64,000 nucleotides of DNA from Octopus sinensis (GCF_006345805.1 NC_043004.1:46438001-46502000); one strand, 5' to 3'. Positions 1 through 12,370 are shown, numbered from the stretch's first letter. The notes: a model not told the origin generated them from the letters alone. Numbers and translations: made by a program.

Positions 1-623
1 CACAATTGGCTGTGTGAAAGAGCAATATTATCTCCAAAAAACGTCACTGTTAACAAAATTAATCAACAGCTAATGCATTCTCTTCCCGGCACTATACACA
101 CTTACAAGTCTGTTGATACAATTCCAGATATAAATGAAGTTGTGAACTATCCTCCTGAATTTCCCAATTCACTGGAGCTTCCTCGACTACCTCCACACAT
201 ATTAGCACTTAAAGTTGGAACTCCTGTAATGCTACTCCGCAATCTGGAACCACCAAGACTTTGCAATGGAACACGACTGGTGATAAAGAAAATGATGTCA
301 CACGTTATCGAGGAGATCATTCTTTCTGGATGTGGAAAATGTGATGACGTCTTTATTCCAAGATTTCCTCCTACTCCATCAGGAGCAGAAATTCCATTTA
401 CATTCAGAAGACTGCAATTCCCCCTTTGTGTCAGCTTTGCCATGTCCATTAACAAATCTCAGGGTCAAACCCTCTTTGTAGCTGGTCTTCTCTTGGAAGA
501 GCCCTGCTTCTCGCATAGGCAACTGTATGTTGGCTGCTGAAAGGTAGGAACCAAAAGAAATTTTTTTTTGTATATTCTCCACAAGGAAAAACAAGGAACA
601 TTGTTTACAACGAGGTGTTATAA
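1..623 (+). pseudogene. Helitron PIF1-like helicase C-terminal remnant (5' part lies outside the window)
   Basis: Frame open from base 1 (HNWLCERAILSPKN...); ORF 73-540 has PIF1 motifs LKVGTPVMLLRNL, LCNGTRL, RRLQFP, FAMSINKSQGQTL, FSHRQLYV; premature TGA at 538-540, then a frameshifted tail ...KTRNIVYNEVL*. Confidence 0.93.
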
Positions 624-805
624 TCTCAACAGCCAGGAGGTATATACATGATCCCCTTTTTTTAACAAACTTCATGTACTTTCATGTATTTATTATAATA
701 TACATATATTTGTGTGTGTGTGTGTGTGTGTGTATCCATATATATAACAGAAAAGTCTAATTCTTCTATTGAATGTAACCGGGCAACGCCGGGTATCTCT
801 GCTAG
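1..805 (+). mobile_element. Helitron 3' portion ending in hairpin + CTAG
   Basis: Near-perfect hairpin accgggc-aac-gccgggt (778-794) followed by CTAG (802-805), the canonical Helitron 3' terminus, downstream of the helicase. Confidence 0.85.
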
Positions 806-807
806 CA

Positions 808-1680
<873 letters not shown>

Positions 1681-2919
1681 TATCTATCGCCTTTAAGATA
1701 AGATCATATCAAGAAAGGTCATTCCAATATTCTGCACAGAATTCTTTGAACGTGTGAGGAAGCTGAAGAGAAAGGCAAAATAATGAGAGATAGATAAAGA
1801 ATTTCCTGTATAGAGTTTATCGATTTTCTTTTATTAAAGTTTCACTTTTCTTATTTTATTCTTCTCATTTTATTTCATTGTTCACCAATATTTAGAAAGT
1901 CTTAAGTAAATCCGTCTGTCTTCAATGGTGTTTCTATTGGCAGTTACGTAAATCAAACACAGAAAGCAACTAAAAAAAGAAAATAAAAAGATTAGTCTCC
2001 TACTTTTATCTGTAATGAAGCAAAAATACGAGTGAAAATAAAGCACATCTGAAAAGGAAGGAAGAAATGAAAATGCATGTCAAAGCTTATCAAACTCTTA
2101 GTATTTTTAGACGTAGCTGTAGTCTCTCACACACAAGAAAGAAAACTATATTAAAATGTCTATTACAGCCCTGTTGTCTTGTTGTAATGCAATTCTCGAA
2201 AGATATCTAAAATAAATGTTTAAAGAAATGAACACAGTCATCAGAGCAGGAAATGCTACTCAGAAAATATAATGAACACAGAGAGGTCACGAGGAAATTG
2301 CCTTGAATACGTTACATGTTGTGGCAAGGAATATAAAAGCTTTATTTTCTGGACGAATGCAACGTGGTTTATGGACAAAATGGCAGAGATATGAACAATT
2401 TAGATTCATAATATGTTGAGTAAGATTGTATAGAACAACGTGGGTATTAAAGATAGTAGCTTAATACTTCTACATCGAAAGAAAATTTTATCTGATGAGC
2501 GCTGTTGAGAAAAGCTGAAAGAACTACAAAACATATATTTATAGAAAGACATATATGACTGCAATATGCGGCGATATGAACAAAAAAGGCAACAAGCACA
2601 TTTTAATTAATGGAAAATATACAACAATGAAGACAATACATATTCAGTCAATTCCAAATGTGACTTCAAAATACACTTGTTTCACAAACAAGAGATTATA
2701 AACATAAGAGAAAGTAAATATTTATAATATAACGCTGTCATGTATGCACTGTCTAAATACATAGACATTTATATACACAATCAACGCATAAAATATTCAA
2801 AACTGGTTACATACATCACGCAAAAACATTTTAATATATATAAAAATGCATATCGATCTATCTATTTATCTATCTGTCTATCAACGTATCTAAGTTTACG
2901 TGTACATAATTATACATAT

Positions 2920-2938
2920 GAATGTATATATATATATA

Positions 2939-3007
<69 letters not shown>

Positions 3008-3084
3008 GATATGTATATGTATATATATATTATATATATATATTAATATATATATATGTATATAAATATATATATATATATATC

Positions 3085-3130
<46 letters not shown>

Positions 3131-3233
3131 ATATATATACGTTTAAATATATGTGAATGTAAATCAGCAGAAATGAGTATATATACACACATGTAAGTTA
3201 ATATATCAGCATAAACACAATTCACACACACAC

Positions 3234-3274
<41 letters not shown>

Positions 3275-3622
3275 CACACAGACAGAGTTGGCAACACATG
3301 CTCACCCATTTACAAACACACATTAATATAAATAAATAAATATATATACACACATATATATATGTGTGTATATATATACATGTATGTATATATATATATA
3401 TATACAAACGCGCGTTTGTGTGCTGTTCATGCTTAAATTGACGTGAGGCTTTTCAGAAGTTGGGCAACAACTTTAATCGGTTTATTGTATTTTGAACTTC
3501 ATTGAAAGAAGACTTGTCACTCATTTAGTGACAGGCTCTTATCGTGTTGAAAGAAATATCGACAGAAATTATTAATGGCAACACGGAAAGATAGACGATA
3601 GACATGCGTGTATATATATATA

Positions 3623-3710
<88 letters not shown>

Positions 3711-3935
3711 AATATATATATGTAAATATATATATATATATGTGTAAATATATATATTATATATATATATATTTATATGTATGTATATATATATTGAAAT
3801 ATACATATATATATATCTATATATACATACCACCATATCTATATTATCACATACATATATATATGCGAGTCTATATATATATAAATATACAAACATGTAT
3901 ATATATATGCGTATATATGTGTGTGCTTAAATATA

Positions 3936-3976
<41 letters not shown>

Positions 3977-4010
3977 GCTTGTGTATATTTGTATATATAT
4001 ATATTGGTGT
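2920..4010. repeat. (TA)n/(CA)n microsatellite cluster
   Basis: Seen directly; source of the spurious YI/CV ORFs. Confidence 0.95.
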
Positions 4011-4631
4011 AAATATATTCTAGTATGTATTTACTAGTATATTGTGTGAGTGTACATGGGTGTGTGCGTCTATATCTAAGTATGTTGTAAACACAATGAA
4101 GCTTTAGCCATATGTACTTTAATTCACTTAAAGCAAACTCGCTATCTGAAAGATATCGTATGTGGCATTACGACTAGATTTTGTATAGTGTGGTAAAGTT
4201 CTCTTCCTTCTTGCGTGTATGTGTGTCTATTTTAATGAATAGATAGAAAATATATGTAAACACTCCCACGCACATGCATGTATGTATGTCCATCTATGAT
4301 GGAGGCATGAAATGAGGTAGGGAAGTCATAACAACTGTATATTTTGAGAAATGTGTAAATGGACTTGGTACCTTACTGGGTGATGTCTTAGAGAAATCAA
4401 TTTATTGCTGGTGATACAGCATTCTAAATGCAGCTATATGTCATTTGTTTGCGACTAAGTGACACGTGATGACGATTAACTCCCAAACTGAAATAGGCTC
4501 CCAGCACTCTATATACTGAATGGTTATGTGGACCACTCCTAAGGAAAGCCAGAGCCATCTTCGACAACTACAGAGAAAGAATTAAGAAAAAAAATGTTAC
4601 TTAGCTATAATTTTATTTTAGTTGTTTACAC

Positions 4632-5091
4632 CAGTGGTTCCCAAACTTTTTGGAGTCGCGACCCATTCTTTATCAGACCAGTTTATGACGACCCACTTAA
4701 CTCTACTGAGTAAAAACATTAATGAAATTAACAAATTTATTTCAGATTACATCTTCAGGGAGGCTTGTGAGAAGGATGAGCCTGTTTCTTGCTACTCTCA
4801 ATAATAGAATTAACATCAGGTTCAATGCATGATGGTTTCAGGCGTAAAGAATTTGAGAGCTGCAGTTTATTTCGATATTTGCTTTTAATCCCAACCATTG
4901 CTGAAAATCCAGCTTCACAAATATAAGATGACGTGAAAGGGAGAGGTACTTTTAATGCTTCGGTGGAAATGATTGGGTACGAGGTTTGAAGAGACGCCCA
5001 GAACTGTACAAATTTTATAACCTTTTGCGACCCACTAAGATTCCATTCGCGACCCATCTGTGGGTCGCGACTCATAGTTTGGGAACGATTG
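4632..5091 (-). mobile_element. Non-autonomous hAT (Buster/Charlie-type) deletion derivative with TIRs and 8-bp TSD
   Basis: TIRs CAGTGGTTCCCAAACT...AGTTTGGGAACGATTG; perfect TSD GTTTACAC at 4624-4631 and 5092-5099; minus ORF 4755-5075 encodes the hAT dimerisation domain (FW..LQTSYPIISTEALKVPLPFTSSYICEAGFSAMVGIKSKYRNKL...KQAHPSH). Confidence 0.93.
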
Positions 5092-6199
5092 GTTTACACT
5101 ATTTTACACATTGAAAGTTCACAAATGTCCTTCTTTAAATTATGAATCATATTCCTTTCAATAATATCAATATGATTAGAAAACTTTGTAGATGATATTC
5201 CTTGTGGACGATAGTTGCTGTTTGGTCGACACAAATTTTCAAATTACATAGCTACTCATAACTATGTATAACTAGCCGAGTGTAAATATCGGAGTGGGTA
5301 AAAGTAGACCTACACGAACTAAAGCCCGGACTTGTGGTTTGTTTGCTATAAATGCTCGAGTGGGATGTTTAGTGTTTCAAAATATCAAACTAAGACTTAA
5401 CTCCCGCTGTTCTATGCGAATAATAATAATGTCTGGATGTTCTGGTACCATGGGTTATTTTGATTGACAAAACTGAGATGTAAACAACAGCCGCTTCGAT
5501 AAGTTCTTTCCAATCGTGCTCGAAACTGTCACATTTCCATAACCGTTAAATAATCACACCCATTATATACTGCCACACGCTATTTCTATTTTATTTTCAC
5601 TATCAACCGTCATCGCGACCCCCTCTGTATCGATGATGTCGCCATGACCTATAGGATGAAAATCCAGAGTTACTCGTAGTAGGTGAATGTTTAATAAAAT
5701 TGCAGAGTTGGTTTATGTATTTAAAACTCGACATCCATGAAATAATCATTCTTCCTGATTTTTTAATGCTAAAATTGTACAAGTCTATAGGTTGGGTCGT
5801 TTTTGTAGTTGCTTTATAACTTGTAATTGTCTTTATAACACCTGTAACACCCTGTATAATAAAACCCTTTGTTCTTTATATATTCTGACCGAAGTTGTCT
5901 TTCTAGTAAGAATTTATCTTTGGCCACTGGTCTGGCACAAAGTAAAATATTTCAATACAAGTGTAAACACAAACCGCGAAAGCAACATGCGATCAGCACG
6001 GGAATAAACAGAGAGAACACAGCCAACAACTTCCACAGCAATAACGGATATTTAGCGATATTTCACATTAACAACTTCTAAAACAACAACAAACTCCGCG
6101 AAGTTTAAATCTAATTGGATGAGAGAGGAACAAAAATATACATCAATGGAAGCAATATGTACATATAGGAGAATATATATATATATATGAATAAATGAA

Positions 6200-6295
6200 A
6201 GAATGGAGTCGAACGAAGATGTTAACAAAATTCCTTTACTCTCGACACATGTTTCGAAGACAGCATATTTTCATTCCGAAGGAATAAAGGGTGCA
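6200..6295. repeat. Short dispersed repeat (second copy ~26680-26770)
   Basis: gaacgaagat...ctttact...gacacatgtttcgaagaca...ttccgaaggaataaa is shared with gaacgaagat...ctttact...gacatacgtttcgaagaca...ttccaaaggaataaa. Confidence 0.6.
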
Positions 6296-6316
6296 TTGTG
6301 CAATCTTCTAATCAGG

Positions 6317-7774
6317 AAATATTTACCAAAAATTTTACATAAAAATCTTTCGAAACTTTTCACCGAAAATCTTCCCCAAAAATTTTTCGAAAATTTTCAC
6401 CGAAAAATTTTTCGAAAATTTTCAGCAAAAATTTTTCGAAAATTTCACCAAAAATATTTCGAAAATTTTGGACGAAAATTTTACCCAAAGATTTTTCGAA
6501 AATTTTCACCGAATATTTTAGTCTAAAATTTTTCGAAAATTTTCACCGAAAATTTTACCCAAAAATTTTTCGAAAATTTTCACCGAAAATCTTCCGCAAA
6601 AATTTTTCGAAAATTTTACCCAAAAATTTTTCAAAAATTTTCACCGACAATTTTACCCGAAAATATTTCGAAAAGTTACACCGAAAATTTTCCCCAAATA
6701 TTTTTCGAAAATTTTCACTGAAAATTTTACCCAAAAATTTTTCGAAAAGTTTCAACCGAAAATTTTCCCCAAATATTTTTCGAAAATTTTCCCCGAAAAT
6801 TTTTACCAATAATTTTACGAAAAGTTTCACCGAAAATTTTACCCAAAGATTTTTCGAAAATTTTCACCGAATATTTTAGTCAAAAATTTTTCGAAAATTT
6901 TCACCGAAAATTTTCCCCAAAAATTTTTCGAAAAGTTTCACCGAAAATTTTCCCTAAATATGTTTCGAAAATTTTCCCCGAAAATTTTTATCAATAATTT
7001 TTCGAAAAATATCACCGAAATTTTTACCCAAAAATTTTTCGAAAATTTTGAACGAAAATTTTACCGAAAAATTTTTCTAAAATTCTCCCCAAAAATTTTT
7101 CGAAACTTTTTACCGAAAATTTTACCCAAAAATTTTTCTAAAATTTTCACCGAAAATCTTCCGCAAAAGTTTTTAAAAAAGTTTCACCGAAAATTTTACC
7201 CAAAAATTTTTCGAAAATTTTCCACTAAAATTTTCACCGAAAATCTTCCGCAAAAATTTTTGGAAAAGTTTCACCGAAAATTTTACCCAAAATTTTTCGA
7301 AAATTTTCCACAAAAATTTTTCACAAAAATTTTTCGAAAATTTTCCCTTGAAAATCTTCCCCAAAAATTTTTCGAAAATTTTCACCAAAAAATTTTCGAA
7401 AATTCTCCCAAAAAATTTTTCGAAACTTTTCCTCAGAAATTTTTGGAAACTTTTTACCGAAAATTTTACCCAAAAATTTTTCGAAAATTTTCACCGAAAA
7501 TCTTCCGCAAAAATTCTTCGAAAATTTTACACAAAAATTTTTCGAAAGTTTTACCCAAAAATTTTTTGAAAATTTTGACCGAAAATTTTCCCCAAATATT
7601 TTTCGAAAGTTTTCACAGAAAATGTTCCCCAGAAACTTTTCGAAAATTTTCACAAAAATTTTTCGAATATTCTCCCCAAAAATTTTTCGAAAATTTTCCA
7701 CCAAAATTTCCCCAATGATTTTCCGGAAATTTTGAGCGAAAATTTTACCCAAAAATTTTTCGAAAATTCTCACC
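6317..7774. repeat. AT-rich satellite, ~12-bp subunits in a ~35-36-bp higher-order unit (AAAATTTTTCGAAAATTTTCACCGAAAATTTTACCC)
   Basis: Tandem degenerate repeats with a self-complementary AAAATTTT/TTTTCGAAAA core, seen directly. Confidence 0.95.
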
Positions 7775-8116
7775 GAACCACCAGACGTTATTATTATTCG
7801 CATAGAACAGCGGGAGTTAAGTCTTAGTTTGATATTTTGAAACACTAAACATCCCACTCGAGCATTTATAGCAAACAAACCACAAGTCCGGGCTTTAGTT
7901 CGTGTAGGTCTACTTTTACCCACTCCGATATTTACACTCGGCTAGTTATACATAGTTATGAGTAGCTATGTAATTTGAAAATTTGTGTCTACCAAACAGA
8001 AACTATCGTCCACAAGGAATATCATCTACAAAGTTTTCTAATCATATTGATATTATTGAAAGGAATATGATTCATAATTTAAAGGACATTTGTGAACTAT
8101 GAGTCGCGACACACAA

Positions 8117-8267
8117 ATCCCTGCTGTACTCTTGCGCCACAACTTCCTCTCAGTCTTTCTTCTGTTGGCCTGCTCCTTAGCCAGCTGGGTGGCGTCATTT
8201 GAAGTTTAAAACAATGCGAAGTGCATCGGGACTAGCGATGTGTAGGAACATCTGGTAACCTGGTCGA
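8117..8267 (+). mobile_element. 3' half of tRNA-derived SINE family C (head lost)
   Basis: Matches the 3' part of the copy at 30499-30772 (actct...caactt.ctctca.tctt...ttggcctgctc.cttagccag..gggtgg.gtcatttgaag..taaaacaatgcgaag). Confidence 0.8.
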
Positions 8268-8447
8268 TTTTTTCCTCTGTCTTCCCTTCTCTGGATCTTT
8301 CCTTCTACTATGTTTCCGACGAAGAGCTCCGCTCGAAACGTTAAGCCTTCATTCTTTCCTTCTTTCCTGAGCGTCCAATAATACTAAATTTGTTCCACGT
8401 CCTCGCGTTGTTGTGTTTTTTTGTGCTTTCTTGTTTGGATTAACTAT
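8268..8447 (+). mobile_element. Penelope-like terminal repeat fragment with hammerhead-like motif
   Basis: Same family as 26930-27350 and 37030-37500; contains GTTT-CCGACGA-A-GAGC-TCC-GCTC-GAAA-CGTT-AAGC; ends in (TA)n. Confidence 0.7.
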
Positions 8448-9212
8448 ATATATATATATATATATAGCATAAAAACGCCTTATAGATATGCATAGGTTAT
8501 ATACTCACACATAGAAAGCAATGATATACATATATTGGATAAAAAGGCAATCTGTGTGCATGCGTGTATGGTAAAACTCGTAGCCGAGAGGGGGTACTTT
8601 AATTTTCAAGACTGAAATTAGGTTTAACTCTTCATACGCTTCCGTCTAGCTTTATACTGCTGATTTATGTGTAAATATTTTTAGGACAATGCTTTTAGAA
8701 ACCTCTAGTTTATAGGACATTTTGGAATTACGCCATCGTAATTTTGTTTTGAACTACACCGAAGCATACGTATGTGTGTGTGTATGCTTGTATGTGTGTG
8801 TGTTTGTGTATGTAGGTGTGTTTGTATGTAACTATACATTTTGGCGTGTACATGTGTGTGCGTGTTCGTTCTTTTCTCTTCTCTGTGTATACATGCGAGA
8901 ATACCATCTTTGATTAATCATATGAGTTTGCTTTCAGAGTCACGTATGTGTGTCTCTTGTGTATGTATACTTGCATACAATACTGACTCATTGTTTAAAC
9001 ATATAAAAGTGTTTATTTCAACAGTTTTGTTGCTTCAGTCAAATGTAGTTTATTTTTTTATTTCCATCATAATTTCTTAAATAATTATTGATCATGCCAG
9101 AGGTGTCGTACATAATCAGAACATATTTTCCAACACATTTCTACGTAATATATCACATAATTACACGGCATGTTTAGCGAGAATACACAAAATGTATATA
9201 TGTATATATGTA

Positions 9213-9615
9213 GGCGCAGAAGTGGCTGTGTGGTAAGTAGCTTGCTTACCAACCACATGGTTCCGGGTTCAGTCCCACTGCGTGGCACGTTGGGTAAGTG
9301 TCTTCTACTATAGCCTCGGGCCGACCAAAGCCTTGTGGGTGGATTTGGTAGACGGAAACTGAAAGAAGCCCGTCGTATATATGTATATATATATGCACGT
9401 GTTTGTATATGTTTGTGTATCTCTGTTTGTCCCCTTCATCATTACTTGGCAACCGATGCTGGTGTGTTTACGTCTCCGTAACTTAGCGGTTCGGCATGAG
9501 AGACCGATAGGATAAGTACTAGGCTTACAAAGAATAAGTCCTGGGGTCGATTCGCTCGACTAAACGCGGTGCTCCAGCATGGCTGAAACAAGTAAAAGAA
9601 TAAAAGAGTAAAGAG
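9213..9615 (+). mobile_element. tRNA-derived SINE family A (full length)
   Basis: Pol III A box TGGCTGTGTGG and B-box-like GGTTCAGTCCC; CORE-like ttgggtaagtgtctt; internal TA/TG microsatellite; TAAAAGA tail; multiple copies in the window. Confidence 0.9.
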
Positions 9616-9625
9616 TATATATATA

Positions 9626-10186
9626 CGAGCAAAACGACCCCCCCCCGTCCAATGGACGGCGCTGAGTTGTCAAACATTTAAACCAAATTTTCTCAAATCA
9701 ACTTGTCCGACTGCCCCATAAGCCTCCCCTTTGAGAAACACTGTTTTAACCAAAATTTGAGACACCAGCAAAAGAAAAAATACAGATAGACTCTTTTTCT
9801 ATTCCAAATAAAAACGATTTTATTCACATAAATATGCTACCGAAGAGTTTAAAGTACCAGTAATTATAAGGCTGTTGACTGGGAGGACACAAACACGGTT
9901 TAAACAGTAAGCTTGGCAGGAAAGAAACATGACATTAAGCAGTACAATAACAACAAAAATGGAAGGTGCAGTTATGTACTGGTTGACGGAAGAAAAACAG
10001 GACAAAAACGGTTTTATCGATCGCATTCTCACCTGGATCGATTTTTGTGAATTTATCATGATTTATACACGCCCTGATACCGTCGGTATCTACATATCAA
10101 ATTTGAGCGCAGTCGGATGGAGGATGCCCGAGATCCTAGAAGATACACAGATAGACAGACAGACAGAGCGGATTTTATATAATAGA
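9626..10186 (-). mobile_element. Non-autonomous Helitron
   Basis: Minus strand starts TCTATTATATAAAA followed by (CTGT)n; ends with perfect hairpin ccgtcc-att-ggacgg and CTCG; inserted in TA repeat. Confidence 0.75.
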
Positions 10187-10195
10187 ATATATATA

Positions 10196-10675
10196 CGAGC
10201 AAAACGCCCCCGTCTAATGGACGGTGCTGAATCATATCTGCTGTATAAAAAGCAATCAGTGTTTTCTTTTCATGAAAAAATAATTAAGCATGCCTTTACT
10301 TAAATAAAATTTTTGGTTTTGTTAAACGAAGTTAACGCAAAAAGAAAACTTCTGGAAAAACCAAATAGTCTTTCTTTCCCTCATGACAATTTTGAAGAAA
10401 ATATCTCTTTTGCATCTTATTTTTTTGTTTGGTCTCTTAAATATGCTGCATTTTGTGGCATTATTTCAAGCCAGCCGGGGTTTTTTGCGCAAACTGCACG
10501 TGCATTTTTCTCGCGTACGCGTAGTATCGGTCACAACAGCCGATGTACATGCGTGTACAAATGCACGTTCCCACGGCTTTATCGATCGCATTCTCACCTG
10601 GAACCGATTTTTGTATTTTTTCAAGACTTATTCACGCCCTGATACCGTCGGTATCTACATATCAAATTTGAGCAC
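10196..10675 (-). mobile_element. Second, 5'-truncated copy of the same non-autonomous Helitron family, in tandem
   Basis: Shares the 3' end (cgagcaaaacg..ccgtc.aatggacgg) and a ~100-bp block (ttatcgatcgcattctcacctgg...catatcaaatttgagc) with 9626-10186. Confidence 0.7.
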
Positions 10676-10920
10676 TAAATATGGTATTTCAACAAAAAAA
10701 TTCTCACAGCGCTAAAGCGCACAATTATTTGTAATGGTATTGTAAGCACCAAATGGCACGTGGATGCGGACAGTTGTGAATAAGCATTCACATCTATAAA
10801 CACATGTGGACAGAACGTATTTCAAGAAAATCGATATTCTATAGACAAAATGTGCAATTGTGATAAAATGTAAATGATCGATGCAAATCCCAGTGCACTG
10901 ACAGGTAGCAGAAGGCAGAA

Positions 10921-11160
10921 GGCGGCGAGCTGGCAGAAACGTTAGCACGCCGGGCGAAATGCGTAGCCGTATTTTGTCTGTCGGTACGTTCTGAGTTCAA
11001 ATTCCGCCGAGGTCGACTTTGCCTTTCATCCTTTCGGGGTCGATAAATTAAGTACCAGTTACGTACTGGGGTCGATGTAATCGACCTAATACCTATGTCT
11101 GTCCTTGTTTGTCCCCTCTGTCTTTAGCTCCTTGTGGGTAATAAAGAAATAGGTATTTCT
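10921..11160 (+). mobile_element. tRNA-derived SINE family B (Nin/Deu-like central domain)
   Basis: A box TGGCAGAAACG, B box GAGTTCAAATTCC, central gccgaggtcgactttgcctttcatcctttcggggtcgataaattaagtacc; many copies in the window. Confidence 0.9.
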
Positions 11161-11299
11161 CAGAATTATAACACTCAAGTGCGAAATTTAAATAAAAAGA
11201 ATGTACAAATCGAAACAGCTACTAGGATTTCTCTAAAAATGAAAGATAACTAAAACTTGACTTCCTTTAGGAAAAAGCTTGTTAGCATTAAAACTACCT

Positions 11300-12290
11300 T
11301 ATATTAATTTGGAAGTAATGAAAATTATTCACAAATAAAGTTATTTAAGTCCACGTAACCGGATAACTTCAAAATTGGTATAGCGTTCGACGATATGCGA
11401 TGTTAACCGATAAAGTAGCAAACTTTCTGAATGAACAAGATACCAGAACAGACCGAATAGTGCTTTTTTCAGAATGTAACCGATGAATTTGATCAGTAAA
11501 TTTCATTAAAATGATGAAAAAAATTTGCCAAAATATCATTCAATTATGATTACTGATAAAAAAAAAATATCTTATAATTTGAAATGTCAATAATAATATT
11601 CATTCTTCGTGAATGGAATTAAAGAATAAACAATGGGCATGTAAGTGTCAAATCAAGTGAGCCACGCAAAAGTCGAAAAATACCGGTCACTTTTTGTTTT
11701 ATATAAGAAACTCCTAGCTAAAGTATTAGATAATTGTTACCCAAATTTCCACGATCAACTATCAATCAATTTGTCGTTTTCTACTGTCGATGGAATTTTG
11801 TTGTGAGAAAATATTCACACTGTTGATTGATCACCAATTAGTGCCGTTTATTCGTTGAAGTTAATATTTTATTTCATTTTTATTTATTCAAAATAATTGT
11901 TTTATCTTGTTATTCTTTTGTGTCAGCTTATTTAATAAATACAGAATGACATGCCTGGATGCACGTTTTCGAGTACATTTCATTCTAGAATGACACATAC
12001 TTTTACTGCAATCACATGTTCTGTCATGAAATTGCTTAGAAAGTTTAAAGCAGCTAATGCTTTGATACTGACTGGACTAATATAGCAGCTATTCGTACGG
12101 GATTTGCGGAATGATAGCCAATAAGCGCTATTAAAATCAGATTTTCCATCAAGGTTTTGATTAAAAAAGGCACATCGCACTTTGAAACGAACGATTATGG
12201 TATGATATTTAGCTGATGCACCCACTACAACGTCTTTTAGGTGTGTAAAATTTCAGCGTGAGAGTTAAATAATAAGGCCGTTATAATCAT
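11300..12290 (+). pseudogene. Decayed Toll-like receptor fragment (LRRCT-TM-TIR-like), candidate
   Basis: Manual translation: ELKNKQWACKCQI (LRRCT-like, 11616-11654); C-RLFVEVNIFISFYLFKIIVLSCYSFVSAY (TM-like, from 11842); after a frameshift KYRMTCLDARFRVHF (juxtamembrane); then DTDW and SDFPSRF..LKRTIMV (TIR-like). Many stops and frameshifts. Confidence 0.4.
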
Positions 12291-12328
12291 TTATACACAC
12301 ACACACACACACAAACAGAACAGTATTC

Positions 12329-12365
<37 letters not shown>

Positions 12366-12370
12366 ATATA

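Larger units (their letters stand above)
5116..8098. repeat. ~325-bp inverted repeat pair (5116-5442 / 7775-8098) enclosing a satellite
   Basis: Right arm is the reverse complement of the left arm with only a few substitutions and a 3-nt indel. Confidence 0.92.

Noticed and set aside
2200-2480. KLYFLDECN Walker-B/DDE-like peptide
   Set aside because: Isolated motif, stops on both sides, no supporting motifs.
4290-4600. LYILNGYVD NACHT Walker-B-like peptide
   Set aside because: Single short motif with no Walker A or downstream motifs recognisable.
6203-7923. Long ORFs (up to 252 aa) of K/F/E/N/I repeats
   Set aside because: Open only because the satellite lacks stop codons; present on both strands; no start context.
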